A program made the translations under genes and the position numbers. A model generated the notes under the pieces. It saw nothing but the letters and a program-made list of their open reading frames with translations. It ran no database searches and was not told the origin of the DNA. Below are positions 53,044 to 62,155 of a stretch of DNA of 64,000 bases, piece after piece. Origin of the DNA: Clostridia bacterium (GTDB lineage: Bacteria > Bacillota > Clostridia > Christensenellales > Borkfalkiaceae); contig JAFWXO010000013.1 of NCBI GenBank assembly GCA_017545865.1, positions 8,848-72,847 on the forward strand. The letters are read 5' to 3'. Positions within the stretch are counted from its first letter, which is position 1; each line of letters begins with the position of its first letter.

Positions 53044-55674
53044 ATGGAAATTTCAACTACCTACAATCCTAAATCTTTTGAAGATAGAATTTACAAAGAG
53101 TGGGAAGAAAAGGGTTATTTCAAAGCAAACCCAAACCCCGATAAAGTGCCTTTTACAGTGGTTATTCCCCCGCCGAATATTACCGGTCAACTTCACATGG
53201 GGCACGCTCTTAACGATTCTATTCAAGATAGCATTGTAAGATTTAAACGTATGCAAGGCTATGAAACGCTTTGGCTTCCGGGTACTGACCACGCTTCTAT
53301 CGCAACCGAAGTTAAGATTGTTGACGCGCTCCGTGAAGAAGGCTTATCAAAAGAAGAAATCGGCAGAGAAGAATTCCTCGTTCGCGCTTGGGCTTGGAAG
53401 GAAAAATACGGTGGCAGAATCGTTGAACAACTTAAAAAACTCGGTTCTTCTTGCGACTGGTCGCGCTTGGCGTTTACGATGGATGAAAACCTTAACAAAG
53501 CCGTTAGGGAAGTATTCGTTAACCTTTATAACAAAGGCTTAATTTATCAAGGCAAGAGAATTATCAACTGGTGTCCTGTTTGTAAAACGGCTCTTTCCGA
53601 TGCGGAAGTTGACTATACTGAAGAACAATCGGGCTTATGGCACATTAAGTATCAAGTAAAAGGCGAAGATAGATACGTTGTCGTTGCGACAACCCGCCCC
53701 GAAACTATGCTTGGTGACGTTGCCGTTGCAGTTAACCCCAAAGACGAAAGGTATAAAGACATTTTGGGCAAAACTCTTATTTTACCCCTTGCTAATCGTG
53801 AAATTCCGCTTGTTGAAGACGATTACGTTGAACTTGATTTTGGTACTGGCGCTGTTAAAATTACCCCCGCTCACGATCCTAACGACTTTGAAGTTGGGCT
53901 TCGCCACAATCTTCCCGTAATCAAAACGATGAACGATGACGGTACTATGAACGAAGAAGCAGGCAAGTACGCAGGTCTTGATAGGTTTGAGTGCAGAAAG
54001 CAAATCGTTAAAGATTTAGAAGAACTTGGTCTTTTAGAAAAAACGGAAGCGTACGCTCACAACGTTGGCCACTGCTATCGTTGTTCAACTATCGTTGAAC
54101 CTATTATTTCTAAACAATGGTTCGTTAAGATGGAACCGCTTGCAAAACCCGCGATTGACGTTGTTAAGAAAAAGAGCATTAAATTCACCCCCGAACGCTT
54201 TACCAAGATTTACTATAACTGGATGGAAAACATTAGGGACTGGTGTATTTCCCGTCAACTTTGGTGGGGACATAGAATTCCAGCGTACTATTGTGACGAC
54301 TGTGGCGAAACTATCGTTTCTAAGACTGACGTTACGGTTTGCCCTAAGTGTAACAGCAAAAAGATCCGCCAAGATGAAGACGTTTTAGATACTTGGTTCT
54401 CTTCCGCTTTATGGCCGTTCTCAACGCTTGGCTATCCCGAAAAGACGGAAGATCTTAAATACTTCTATCCTACCGATCTTTTAGTTACCGCTTACGATAT
54501 TATCTTCTTCTGGGTTGCTCGTATGATTTTCTCAGGACTCGAGCACACCGCTCATATTCCTTTCCGTGACGTTTTGATTCACGGCTTAGTTCGTGACGCT
54601 CAGGGTAGAAAGATGAGTAAGAGTTTAGGTAACGGTATCGACCCGCTTGAAATTATCGATGAATACGGCGCAGATACCCTTCGTTACGCACTCTTAAACG
54701 GCATTGCGCCGGGTAGCGACACGAGATTTAGTAAAGATAAAATCGAAGGTTGCAGAAACTATATCAACAAGATTTGGAACGCATCTCGTTTCGTTCTTTT
54801 AAACTGCGAAGGCAAGAAGATTAAAGATATTAGTGACGTTAAACTTTCGCTTGCGGATAAGTGGATAATTTCCAAACTCAACACCACCGTTAGAAAAGTT
54901 ACCGTTAATATGAATAAGTATGAAATCGGTCTTGCTTGCGGTGAACTTCAAGAATTCTTCTGGAATGACTTCTGCGACTGGTATATTGAACTTAGTAAGC
55001 CCTATTTATACGGAACTGACGAAGAAAAGAAGACGGGGGTTTTAAGCGTTTTAATTTACGTTTTGAAAAACACTTTAAAACTTCTTCACCCCTATATTCC
55101 GTTTATTACCGAAGAAATTTATCAACATATCCCAGGCGTTAATGAAAGCATTATGATTTCGGAGTATCCGAGATATAATTCTAAACTTGCTTACCGTAAA
55201 GATGCGGAAGACTGCGCTTACGCTATGAGCATTATCACGGCAATCCGCCAAATTAGAGCGGATAGCGGTTGCGCTCCGAGTAAGAAAGTGGATCTTTTCA
55301 TCGTTACCGAAAAGAAAAACCTTATCAACAAAGCGCTCGTTTATATTGAAAAACTTGCAAACGTTAGCGAAATTAAGTTTATCGATAGTAAAGACGAACT
55401 TTCCGTTAAGACCGTTTCCGTAGTTCTTGATAAAACTGAACTTTATATCCCGCTTGGCGAACTTGTTGACGCTGAAAAGGAAATTGCCCGCTTAAAAGGG
55501 GAACTCAATAAAGTTGAATCGGAAATTGCAAGAGCAAACGGCAAGCTTTCAAACAACGGTTTCTTAGCGAAAGCGCCCAAGAACTTGGTTGATGAAGAAA
55601 GAGAAAAACTTAACAAATATATCGATATGAGAAAGAAAATTCTTTTAAATATCAAGGAAATTGAAGAAATGTAA
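53044..55674 (+). CDS. valS: valine--tRNA ligase
   Basis: 876 aa. HIGH-type motif ([13 protein letters not shown]), KMSKS present, C-terminal coiled-coil typical of ValRS. Confidence 0.95.
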   Translation: MEISTTYNPKSFEDRIYKEWEEKGYFKANPNPDKVPFTVVIPPPNITGQLHMGHALNDSIQDSIVRFKRMQGYETLWLPGTDHASIATEVKIVDALREEGLSKEEIGREEFLVRAWAWKEKYGGRIVEQLKKLGSSCDWSRLAFTMDENLNKAVREVFVNLYNKGLIYQGKRIINWCPVCKTALSDAEVDYTEEQSGLWHIKYQVKGEDRYVVVATTRPETMLGDVAVAVNPKDERYKDILGKTLILPLANREIPLVEDDYVELDFGTGAVKITPAHDPNDFEVGLRHNLPVIKTMNDDGTMNEEAGKYAGLDRFECRKQIVKDLEELGLLEKTEAYAHNVGHCYRCSTIVEPIISKQWFVKMEPLAKPAIDVVKKKSIKFTPERFTKIYYNWMENIRDWCISRQLWWGHRIPAYYCDDCGETIVSKTDVTVCPKCNSKKIRQDEDVLDTWFSSALWPFSTLGYPEKTEDLKYFYPTDLLVTAYDIIFFWVARMIFSGLEHTAHIPFRDVLIHGLVRDAQGRKMSKSLGNGIDPLEIIDEYGADTLRYALLNGIAPGSDTRFSKDKIEGCRNYINKIWNASRFVLLNCEGKKIKDISDVKLSLADKWIISKLNTTVRKVTVNMNKYEIGLACGELQEFFWNDFCDWYIELSKPYLYGTDEEKKTGVLSVLIYVLKNTLKLLHPYIPFITEEIYQHIPGVNESIMISEYPRYNSKLAYRKDAEDCAYAMSIITAIRQIRADSGCAPSKKVDLFIVTEKKNLINKALVYIEKLANVSEIKFIDSKDELSVKTVSVVLDKTELYIPLGELVDAEKEIARLKGELNKVESEIARANGKLSNNGFLAKAPKNLVDEEREKLNKYIDMRKKILLNIKEIEEM

Positions 55675-55675
55675 T

Positions 55676-55717
55676 AAAAAAGGCAATTCGCAAAACTGCG
55701 AATTGCCTTATTTTTTT
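55676..55717. terminator. bidirectional terminator between valS and the convergent EamA gene
   Basis: 12-bp stem aaggcaattcgc / gcgaattgcctt (55680-55691 / 55698-55709), A-run before and T7 after. Confidence 0.85.
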
Positions 55718-55721
55718 ATAG

Positions 55722-56636
55722 TTAGCGGGTTTTTGATGAGTTTAACCCAGATAGGACAACCGCTGTTACTATAAGCGTTGCGCCGATAAGCAAGGTTATG
55801 GAGAAAACGTCCATCTTAATAGCTATTGAAACGCACGCGCTAATAACTGCGCTTAGCGGAGAAGTTACTGAAACGAAAACGGGGTTTAAATGAGTGAGGG
55901 CAGTATTTCTAAGTAGCCACCCAAGCCCAACCGTAACGATTGCAAAACAAATTGCAAATATTAAGTGGCTTGCCTTAAAGGAAAAGCGGAATTGTTCAAC
56001 GGGCGCGCCGTTTATCTTAATAGAGTTTAAGCAGATTGCCAAAATTACCGACAGTATAAAATAGGAAATAAACTGAAAACAAGTAAACAAAATTATATCA
56101 ACGCCGTTTAGATAGTGTGACATAAGCGCTATTACAAACCCGAATATTACGCCCGAGATTGCACAAAGCGCGTCTCCAACGCTAAGTGAGAAAGGTCCGC
56201 CCAAAACTCCGCTTATTAAAAGGCAACCGATAAGGCAGATTATCGTTATAAAAAGCTGGAAAAGAGTGGGGCGTTTCTTAGTGATAACGAATAATGCTAT
56301 CGGCACGAAAGCGCAAGATAAATGTTCTAAGAAGGCGTAATTTGCGGGCGACGTTAATAAAAGCCCAATTCGTTGAAGTATGCAAGCAAAGGAGTTTAGC
56401 GCGCCTATCGGAACGGCTACTTTTAAAAACCGCTTGTCGATAAGGTTTAACTTCTTTATTGAAATAGCAAAAAACAATAACGCTGTGAAAAAGGTGTTGA
56501 TTATAGACAGCGCAAGTGGGGAATAATTATCGTATTGAAGTTTATTCACGATAGGATCAATGCCCCATAAAACGATAACCGTTAGGAGCATTAAAACGTA
56601 AATTGATTTGTTTGCTTTTTTCGTTGAGTTTAACAT
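55722..56636 (-). CDS. DMT-superfamily (EamA-like) transporter
   Basis: 304 aa, 10 hydrophobic segments arranged as two EamA-like halves. Confidence 0.75.
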   Translation of the reverse strand: MLNSTKKANKSIYVLMLLTVIVLWGIDPIVNKLQYDNYSPLALSIINTFFTALLFFAISIKKLNLIDKRFLKVAVPIGALNSFACILQRIGLLLTSPANYAFLEHLSCAFVPIALFVITKKRPTLFQLFITIICLIGCLLISGVLGGPFSLSVGDALCAISGVIFGFVIALMSHYLNGVDIILFTCFQFISYFILSVILAICLNSIKINGAPVEQFRFSFKASHLIFAICFAIVTVGLGWLLRNTALTHLNPVFVSVTSPLSAVISACVSIAIKMDVFSITLLIGATLIVTAVVLSGLNSSKTR

Positions 56637-56736
56637 ATAGTCCTTATAAAAATATTCATTGCGCTTTTAAAAATCTTCACTTTAGAAAGTCTATCACACT
56701 ATTGACTTTTTGAGAACTGAAGGTTTATACTTATAT

Positions 56737-56753
56737 TGTGAAATAAATTCACA
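56737..56753 (+). promoter_or_regulatory. LysR-type T-N11-A dyad
   Basis: TGTGAA-ataaa-TTCACA perfect dyad (contains T-N11-A), located between a TTGACT(56702-56707)-18-TATACT(56726-56731) promoter and the LysR ATG. Confidence 0.5.
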
Positions 56754-56763
56754 ACGGAGAGAT

Positions 56764-57597
56764 ATGGATACATTTAAAATTAAAGCGATATTAACCGCCG
56801 TTGAAAAGAAAAGTTTATCAAAGGCGGCGGAAGAATATTCTTACACACCAAGCGCCTTTTCGCATATGCTTACCGCGTTTGAAGAAGACCTTGGAGTTAA
56901 GGTTTTTTCAAGGAATTCAACTGGGGTAACGCTAACTGAAGAAGGGGAAAAACTAATTCCTAAATTTCAAAATATTTTAAGCGCGGAAGAAGAACTTTAT
57001 AGCCTTGTTTCTTCTTTTGAAAAGAAGAACTCTCACAATTTAACTATAGCCCTTTACGCATCGATTTCGGATAAAATTTTGCCAACTGTTTTGAAAAAAT
57101 GCAAAGCCGATTATCCGAGTATTAAAATTGACGTTAACGTTGTTGATTCTCTTGACGGTTGGCTTGAAAACGATAGGGCGGATATAGTTATATGCGATAA
57201 AAAGTACGGGAGCGACGTTGTAAGCGTTCCTTTGATAGAAGATGAATACGTCGTTTTAGGCACTCGCGAAATTTTAGGCGACGTTAAAGAAATCACTATT
57301 GACGAGTTGTATAATTATCCCTTCGTTTTAGTTGACGGAAACGTGATAAAAGAACACGTTGACGTTGATAGGTTTGAAAACATAACCACCTTCAATTCGG
57401 AAGATAATATGAGCGTGTTTAAAATAGTAAAGAGTGGTTTTGGCGTTACGCTTTTCCCTGAATACGCGTTAAACGAAGGCGCGAAAGGCTTAGTGGTTGC
57501 AAGGCTTAAAACACCTATTAAAAGGGTTGTATCGTATAGTTACAAGAAGTCAAAGGCGAATATGTTCGCTCTTAAAAAATTTATAAAACTATTATAA
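56764..57597 (+). CDS. LysR-family transcriptional regulator
   Basis: Starts MDTFKIKAILTAVEKKSLSKAAEEYSYTPSAFSHML (LysR HTH). Divergent from the EamA transporter. Confidence 0.85.
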   Translation: MDTFKIKAILTAVEKKSLSKAAEEYSYTPSAFSHMLTAFEEDLGVKVFSRNSTGVTLTEEGEKLIPKFQNILSAEEELYSLVSSFEKKNSHNLTIALYASISDKILPTVLKKCKADYPSIKIDVNVVDSLDGWLENDRADIVICDKKYGSDVVSVPLIEDEYVVLGTREILGDVKEITIDELYNYPFVLVDGNVIKEHVDVDRFENITTFNSEDNMSVFKIVKSGFGVTLFPEYALNEGAKGLVVARLKTPIKRVVSYSYKKSKANMFALKKFIKLL

Positions 57598-57622
57598 AAG
57601 ACGGTAAAACCCGTCTTTTTTT
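57597..57622 (+). terminator. intrinsic terminator after the LysR gene
   Basis: aaagacgg / ccgtcttt hairpin with loop taaaac, followed by a T-run. Confidence 0.7.
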
Positions 57623-57664
57623 GTCGAATTGATAATTAAAATATTAAAGGCGATAATTTTAATG

Positions 57665-57693
57665 TTTACAAAAAATTATCAATGTGGTAAAAT
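57665..57693 (+). promoter_or_regulatory. extended -10 promoter for RNase J
   Basis: TTTACA (57665-57670), 17-nt spacer ending in TGG, TAAAAT (57688-57693). Confidence 0.5.
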
Positions 57694-57727
57694 AATTACA
57701 TAAATGTAATATTTTAAAGGACTTGCT

Positions 57728-59380
57728 ATGAAAAATAAAAACACGTTAAAAGTGAGATTTTTGGGCGGTGTTTCAGAGATAGGAAAAAATATGACCGCTC
57801 TCGAATTTCAAAAAGATATAATAATAATTGACGCGGGGCTTACTTTCCCCACGCAAGATATGCCGGGGATTGACCTTGTTATTCCCGATATAACTTATAT
57901 CATTCAAAATAAAGAAAAAATTAAAGGCTTATTTTTAACTCACGGGCACGAAGACCATATCGGCGGTGTTCCGTACTTACTAAAAGAACTCGATATTCCC
58001 GTTTATGGAACTAAACTTACTTTAACGCTACTTGAAAATAAGTTAAAAGAACAAGGTATCCACAATGCAAAACTCTTTGCAATCGAGCCTAAAACGATAA
58101 TAAAAGCAGGGTGCTTTTCCATTGAATTCGTCAACGTTAACCACTCAATTCCGGGCGCAGTTGCGCTTGCTGTCAACACCCCCGTTGGCTTAGTGTTCCA
58201 CTCGGGTGACTTTAAGGTTGATTTAACGCCGATAGGCAACGATATTATTGATCTTGCTCGGCTTACCGAGATAGGAAAGAGAAACGTTTTGCTTATGATG
58301 TGCGAATCAACAAACGTTGAACGCTCTGGGTATTCTATGAGTGAAAGCGTTGTTTACGATAACTTGGATAGGCTTTTTGCTCAAAACAAGCACCGCAGAT
58401 TGATAGTTGCAACTTTTGCGTCAAACGTTTACCGTTTACAGCAGATATTAAATCTTGCTAAAAAGCATAAAAGAAAGGTTGCCTTGTCGGGTAGAAGTAT
58501 GTTAAACGTTATTGACGCTGCTCGTAGTATAGGTGAACTTTCCGTTCCTAAAGATATAATCGTTGATATTGATAGAATAAAAAATATCCCCGATAAAGAA
58601 CTCGTGGTTATATCAACGGGATCTCAAGGCGAGCCGATGAGCGCGCTTACCCGTATGGCATCGGGCGAATCGCGTGACGTGACTATCGGTAGGAACGATA
58701 CGATTATTATTTCCGCATCGCCGATCCCCGGCAACGAGAAAAATATCTATCAAGTTATAAATAACTTGTATCGCAAGGGCGCGGAAGTAGTTTACGAGAG
58801 TTTAGAAAAAATTCACGCATCGGGGCACGCTTGCCAAGAAGAACTCAAAATTATGCACTCGCTTATTCGCCCAAAATACTTTATTCCTATTCACGGCGAA
58901 TACCGCCACCTTATAAAGCACGTTGAACTTGCAAAGGAAATGGGGCTTAAAGATAGCCAAACGCTTATTTGCGATATAGGTGATACCGTTGAGTTTACCG
59001 ATAAAGCTATGCGCAGGGGCGAAAAGTTCCCTGCAGGCAGTCGCTTGGTTGACGGGCTTTCGGTTGGCGAAGCGCCAAGCGTTGTTAGAGATAGACGTTA
59101 TATTAGCGCTGAAGGAATAGTGGTTGCAGTCGTTTGCATTTCCGCTGAAAGCGGGCTTATCCTTCAAGAGCCTGACGTTATCGGAAAGGGCGCAGGGCTT
59201 AGCGACGAATACGTTGCCGAAATGAAATCTATAATTTTAAAGGTATTTAACGGCTACAACGTTAAATCGGCTGGCGATATGACGGAACTTAGAAACTTAA
59301 TTAGAAAGAAACTTAGAGATTACGTCTTTAAAAAGATAAAGAAAAATCCTATGATTTTACCTATTATTACTGAAGTATGA
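57728..59380 (+). CDS. rnj: ribonuclease J
   Basis: 550 aa. Beta-lactamase/beta-CASP layout with HGHEDHIGG, and the N-terminus VRFLGGVSEIGKNM typical of RNase J. Confidence 0.9.
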   Translation: MKNKNTLKVRFLGGVSEIGKNMTALEFQKDIIIIDAGLTFPTQDMPGIDLVIPDITYIIQNKEKIKGLFLTHGHEDHIGGVPYLLKELDIPVYGTKLTLTLLENKLKEQGIHNAKLFAIEPKTIIKAGCFSIEFVNVNHSIPGAVALAVNTPVGLVFHSGDFKVDLTPIGNDIIDLARLTEIGKRNVLLMMCESTNVERSGYSMSESVVYDNLDRLFAQNKHRRLIVATFASNVYRLQQILNLAKKHKRKVALSGRSMLNVIDAARSIGELSVPKDIIVDIDRIKNIPDKELVVISTGSQGEPMSALTRMASGESRDVTIGRNDTIIISASPIPGNEKNIYQVINNLYRKGAEVVYESLEKIHASGHACQEELKIMHSLIRPKYFIPIHGEYRHLIKHVELAKEMGLKDSQTLICDIGDTVEFTDKAMRRGEKFPAGSRLVDGLSVGEAPSVVRDRRYISAEGIVVAVVCISAESGLILQEPDVIGKGAGLSDEYVAEMKSIILKVFNGYNVKSAGDMTELRNLIRKKLRDYVFKKIKKNPMILPIITEV

Positions 59381-60012
59381 TAAACGAATACGTTAAAAAC
59401 TTAACTGAAAAAAGCGCGGAATTTTCCTTACCCGAAGAACTTATTGCGCTTAGAAAATTTTATAAAGATAGCGGAATACCAACGATACTTGACGAGAGCT
59501 TATCCGAACTTTTACTAACCGTTGCTATAAAATCGCCAAAAAACATTTTGGAACTTGGCACGGCAACGGGTTGTTCGGGAACGGCTATGCTTTTAACTGA
59601 AAAGTCGGCTAATCTCGTTACCATTGAAAAAAACGTTTATTCTCAAGAAGAAGCGATAAAAAACTTTAAAAAGTTTGGCGTTTACGATAGGGTTACTTGC
59701 GTGCTTGGGGATAGTTACGAATCGGCGCTCCAAATAAAAGGGGAGTTTGACTTTATCTTTTTGGACTGTAATAAAGCAAGTTATTCCCGCCTTTTGCCCG
59801 TGCTTAAAAACCTTTTGAAAAAAGGTGGCGTTCTCTTTACCGATAACGTTTTGTTTAGAGGTTACGTTTCAGGTGAGAAAGAACCGCCCAAGGAATACCG
59901 TTCGCTTGCAAGAAAGATAGGCGAGTTTAATGAACTTTTAGCAAAAGATAGCGATTTAATCACTTGTTTTTTTGACGTTGGCGACGGAATCGCAATCTCT
60001 TTTAAGAAGTGA
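59377..60012 (+). CDS. class I SAM-dependent O-methyltransferase (family 3, YrrM/TrmR-like)
   Basis: 211 aa. ILELGTATGCSG motif I and DFIFLDCNK. Sits immediately upstream of a U32 peptidase, as in the B. subtilis yrrM-yrrN-yrrO arrangement. Confidence 0.75.
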   Translation: MINEYVKNLTEKSAEFSLPEELIALRKFYKDSGIPTILDESLSELLLTVAIKSPKNILELGTATGCSGTAMLLTEKSANLVTIEKNVYSQEEAIKNFKKFGVYDRVTCVLGDSYESALQIKGEFDFIFLDCNKASYSRLLPVLKNLLKKGGVLFTDNVLFRGYVSGEKEPPKEYRSLARKIGEFNELLAKDSDLITCFFDVGDGIAISFKK

Positions 60013-60132
60013 TAAACGGCGCAATACTTCGTTACTGTTTCGTTTTTGGATTTCGATGACCGAGCAAGGTCTATCTCACCCCAAAACCTTCACGAGCCTT
60101 GTCTTGCTTGTTTCTGACTCCTTAAAAATCAC
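60009..60132 (+). repeat. intergenic element copy B, homologous to the inner part of 45467-45630
   Basis: ggcgcaatacttcgtta (60018-60034) versus ggcgtaatacatcgtta (45512-45528), 15/17 identical. gccttgtcttgc (60096-60107) versus gccttgtcttcc (45569-45580). ccttc and the gttt..tcct..aatca tail are also shared in the same order. Confidence 0.45.
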
Positions 60133-60178
60133 GTTGAACAAACTTACTAAAATTACAACAACTAAAATAAGGACACTT

Positions 60179-61402
60179 ATGAAAAAGATTGAACTTTTAG
60201 CGCCTGCGGGCAATTTTTCAAAACTTAAAACTGCGCTCAACTACGGGGCGGACGCGGTTTACGTTGGCGGTAAAGCCTTTTCGCTTAGAGCCTTTTCAGA
60301 TAACTTTACTTTCGATGAGTTAAAAGAAGCCGTAGAGTACACCCACAATCTCGGCAAAAAAATCTACGTTACCGTTAACGCTTTTATGAAAAATAGCGAT
60401 ATTTCGGGTATCTGCGATTATTTTAAATACTTGTATGAAATCGGGGTGGATGCCGTTATCGTTACAGACCCCGGCGCTATATACCTTGCAAAATCGGTTG
60501 CGCCAAACCTTGAACTTCATCTTTCAACCCAAGCAAACACTCAAAACAAACTTGCCGTTAAGTTTTGGAAAGAACAAGGGGTAAAAAGAATAGTTTTAGC
60601 AAGAGAGTTATCTCTTAAAGAGATAAAAGAAATTTCTTTATCGGATAGCGAAGTTGAACTTGAAGCCTTTATTCACGGCGCTATGTGCATAAGTTATAGC
60701 GGAAGATGTTTGCTTTCAAATTACCTTACTGGGCGCGATAGTAACCGTGGCGAGTGCGTTCAAGCGTGCCGTTGGAATTACGGAATTAAAGATCTTTCTA
60801 AAGAGAGTGATTATTTCCCTATCGAAGAAGACGAAAGGGGAACTTACATACTCAATAGTAAAGATTTGAATATGCTTGATTATATCGGCGAAATGATAGA
60901 TGCGGGCGTTTGCTCGTTCAAAATTGAAGGCCGTATGAAAGGGGAGTACTACTTGGCAACCGTTATCAACGCTTATCGCAGAGCGATTGACGATTATCTT
61001 TTAAACGGAAACGCTTATAAAGAAAACCCCCTTTATCAATCTGAACTTAAAAAGACTTTCCATAGGGCGTTTACCACCGCTTACGCTTTTGGCGATAACG
61101 AGCAAACGGTAAATTATGAAAATAGTCAATCAACGGGGGATAGCTTATTCGTAGCGTCGGTTTTATCTTACGATAAAGAAAGTAAAACTGCGCTCGTTGA
61201 AATGAGAAATAGATTTATGGTTGGCGACGTTTTAGAAGTGTTATCCCCAACCGAAACTTTTAATAAAACTTTCACCGTTACTGAAATTTTAGATGAAAAG
61301 GGCGAAACGGTAATAGATGCAAAGCGCGTTCAACAAAAACTTTACGTTAAAACGGAACTTGCCCTTCAAGAAGGGGATATGCTCCGTCGTAGCATAAAAT
61401 AG
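60179..61402 (+). CDS. peptidase U32-family protein (YrrO/TrhP-like)
   Basis: Starts MKKIELLAPAGN (canonical U32 N-terminus) with AAGGA at 60169-60173. U32 signature EAFIHGAMCISYSGRCLLS. The ORF-track start 59972 (TTG) is rejected. Confidence 0.85.
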   Translation: MKKIELLAPAGNFSKLKTALNYGADAVYVGGKAFSLRAFSDNFTFDELKEAVEYTHNLGKKIYVTVNAFMKNSDISGICDYFKYLYEIGVDAVIVTDPGAIYLAKSVAPNLELHLSTQANTQNKLAVKFWKEQGVKRIVLARELSLKEIKEISLSDSEVELEAFIHGAMCISYSGRCLLSNYLTGRDSNRGECVQACRWNYGIKDLSKESDYFPIEEDERGTYILNSKDLNMLDYIGEMIDAGVCSFKIEGRMKGEYYLATVINAYRRAIDDYLLNGNAYKENPLYQSELKKTFHRAFTTAYAFGDNEQTVNYENSQSTGDSLFVASVLSYDKESKTALVEMRNRFMVGDVLEVLSPTETFNKTFTVTEILDEKGETVIDAKRVQQKLYVKTELALQEGDMLRRSIK

Positions 61403-61450
61403 TCATAATTTGACAATATTCGCGTATTATTGCTCTTAAGGAGTAGTAGT

Positions 61451-62155
61451 ATGTTTTTTGAATTTTTAAATTTTATTCTTGGTAAAATATTTTTCTTTTG
61501 CGGAAGTATTGCAACCGATTGTTTCCCAAAACCCTTATCTCCCGAAGAAGAAGCGGAAGCGTTAAGGCTTTATAAAACGCTTGGCGATAAGGAGGCAAAA
61601 GATAAGCTTATCCGCCATAATCTTAGGCTCGTTGCTCACGTCGTTAAAAAATATCAAGGGGCAGACACGAGTGACGATTTGATTTCAACTGGAACGATAG
61701 GGCTTATAAAGGCTATTAACACTTACGATAGTTCAAAAGGCGTTGCCTTGGCAACTTACACCGCTCGGTGCATTGAAAACGAAATTTTAATGCTTATTCG
61801 CGCGAACAAGAAAAACTCTAAGGTGCTATCGTTATCGGGTGTTGTTGGAGCGGATAAAGACGGAAACGAACTAACTTTGCTTGACGTTTTGCCCGATGAG
61901 AGCGAACCGCTCGTTAGCAAAGTGGAGCGTAAAACCGAAAATAAAATTTTAACTCAAATTGTTAAAAGCTGTTTAACCAAACGAGAATACACTATTATTA
62001 AACTTAGGTTTGGGCTTGACGGGGTTGTTCCACTTGCTCAAAGGGAAGTTGCAAAACTATTAAAAATCTCTCGCTCTTACGTTTCAAGGATAGAAAAGAA
62101 AGCGATTGAAAAAATACGGGAAGAAATGCTTAAGAAAGGAGCGTATTTTGACTAA
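61451..62155 (+). CDS. sigK: sporulation sigma factor, pro-SigK-like (sigma-70 family group 3)
   Basis: Hydrophobic pro-sequence MFFEFLNFILGKIFFFCG, then FPKPLSPEEE and NLRLVAHVVKKY / DLISTGTIGLIKAI / ATYTARCIENEILM, which resemble SigK more than SigE. AAGGAG at 61437-61442. Confidence 0.7.
   Translation: MFFEFLNFILGKIFFFCGSIATDCFPKPLSPEEEAEALRLYKTLGDKEAKDKLIRHNLRLVAHVVKKYQGADTSDDLISTGTIGLIKAINTYDSSKGVALATYTARCIENEILMLIRANKKNSKVLSLSGVVGADKDGNELTLLDVLPDESEPLVSKVERKTENKILTQIVKSCLTKREYTIIKLRFGLDGVVPLAQREVAKLLKISRSYVSRIEKKAIEKIREEMLKKGAYFD

Noticed and set aside
59972-60178. ORF-track extension of the U32 peptidase to a TTG at 59972 (476 aa).
   Set aside because: The extension overlaps the methyltransferase 3' end, has no RBS and no U32 homology. 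MKKIELLAPAGN at 60179 is the canonical family N-terminus and has AAGGA 5 nt upstream. The unusual stop-free stretch is discussed under element copy B.
61403-61450. SigE-type or sigma-A promoter for sigK (tcataatt and TTGACA at 61403-61415).
   Set aside because: No acceptable -10 element (CATACA-T or TATAAT) lies at the right spacing from either candidate -35, so no promoter is called.
24590-62147. Other upstream-extended starts in the ORF track: 2188, 24590, 28009, 28917, 33591, 40240, 48605, 51170(-), 52987(-), 56710, 61430, 62106.
   Set aside because: In each case a downstream ATG/TTG has a better-placed SD and begins the recognisable family N-terminus or signal peptide. The extension overlaps the preceding gene or adds non-homologous residues.
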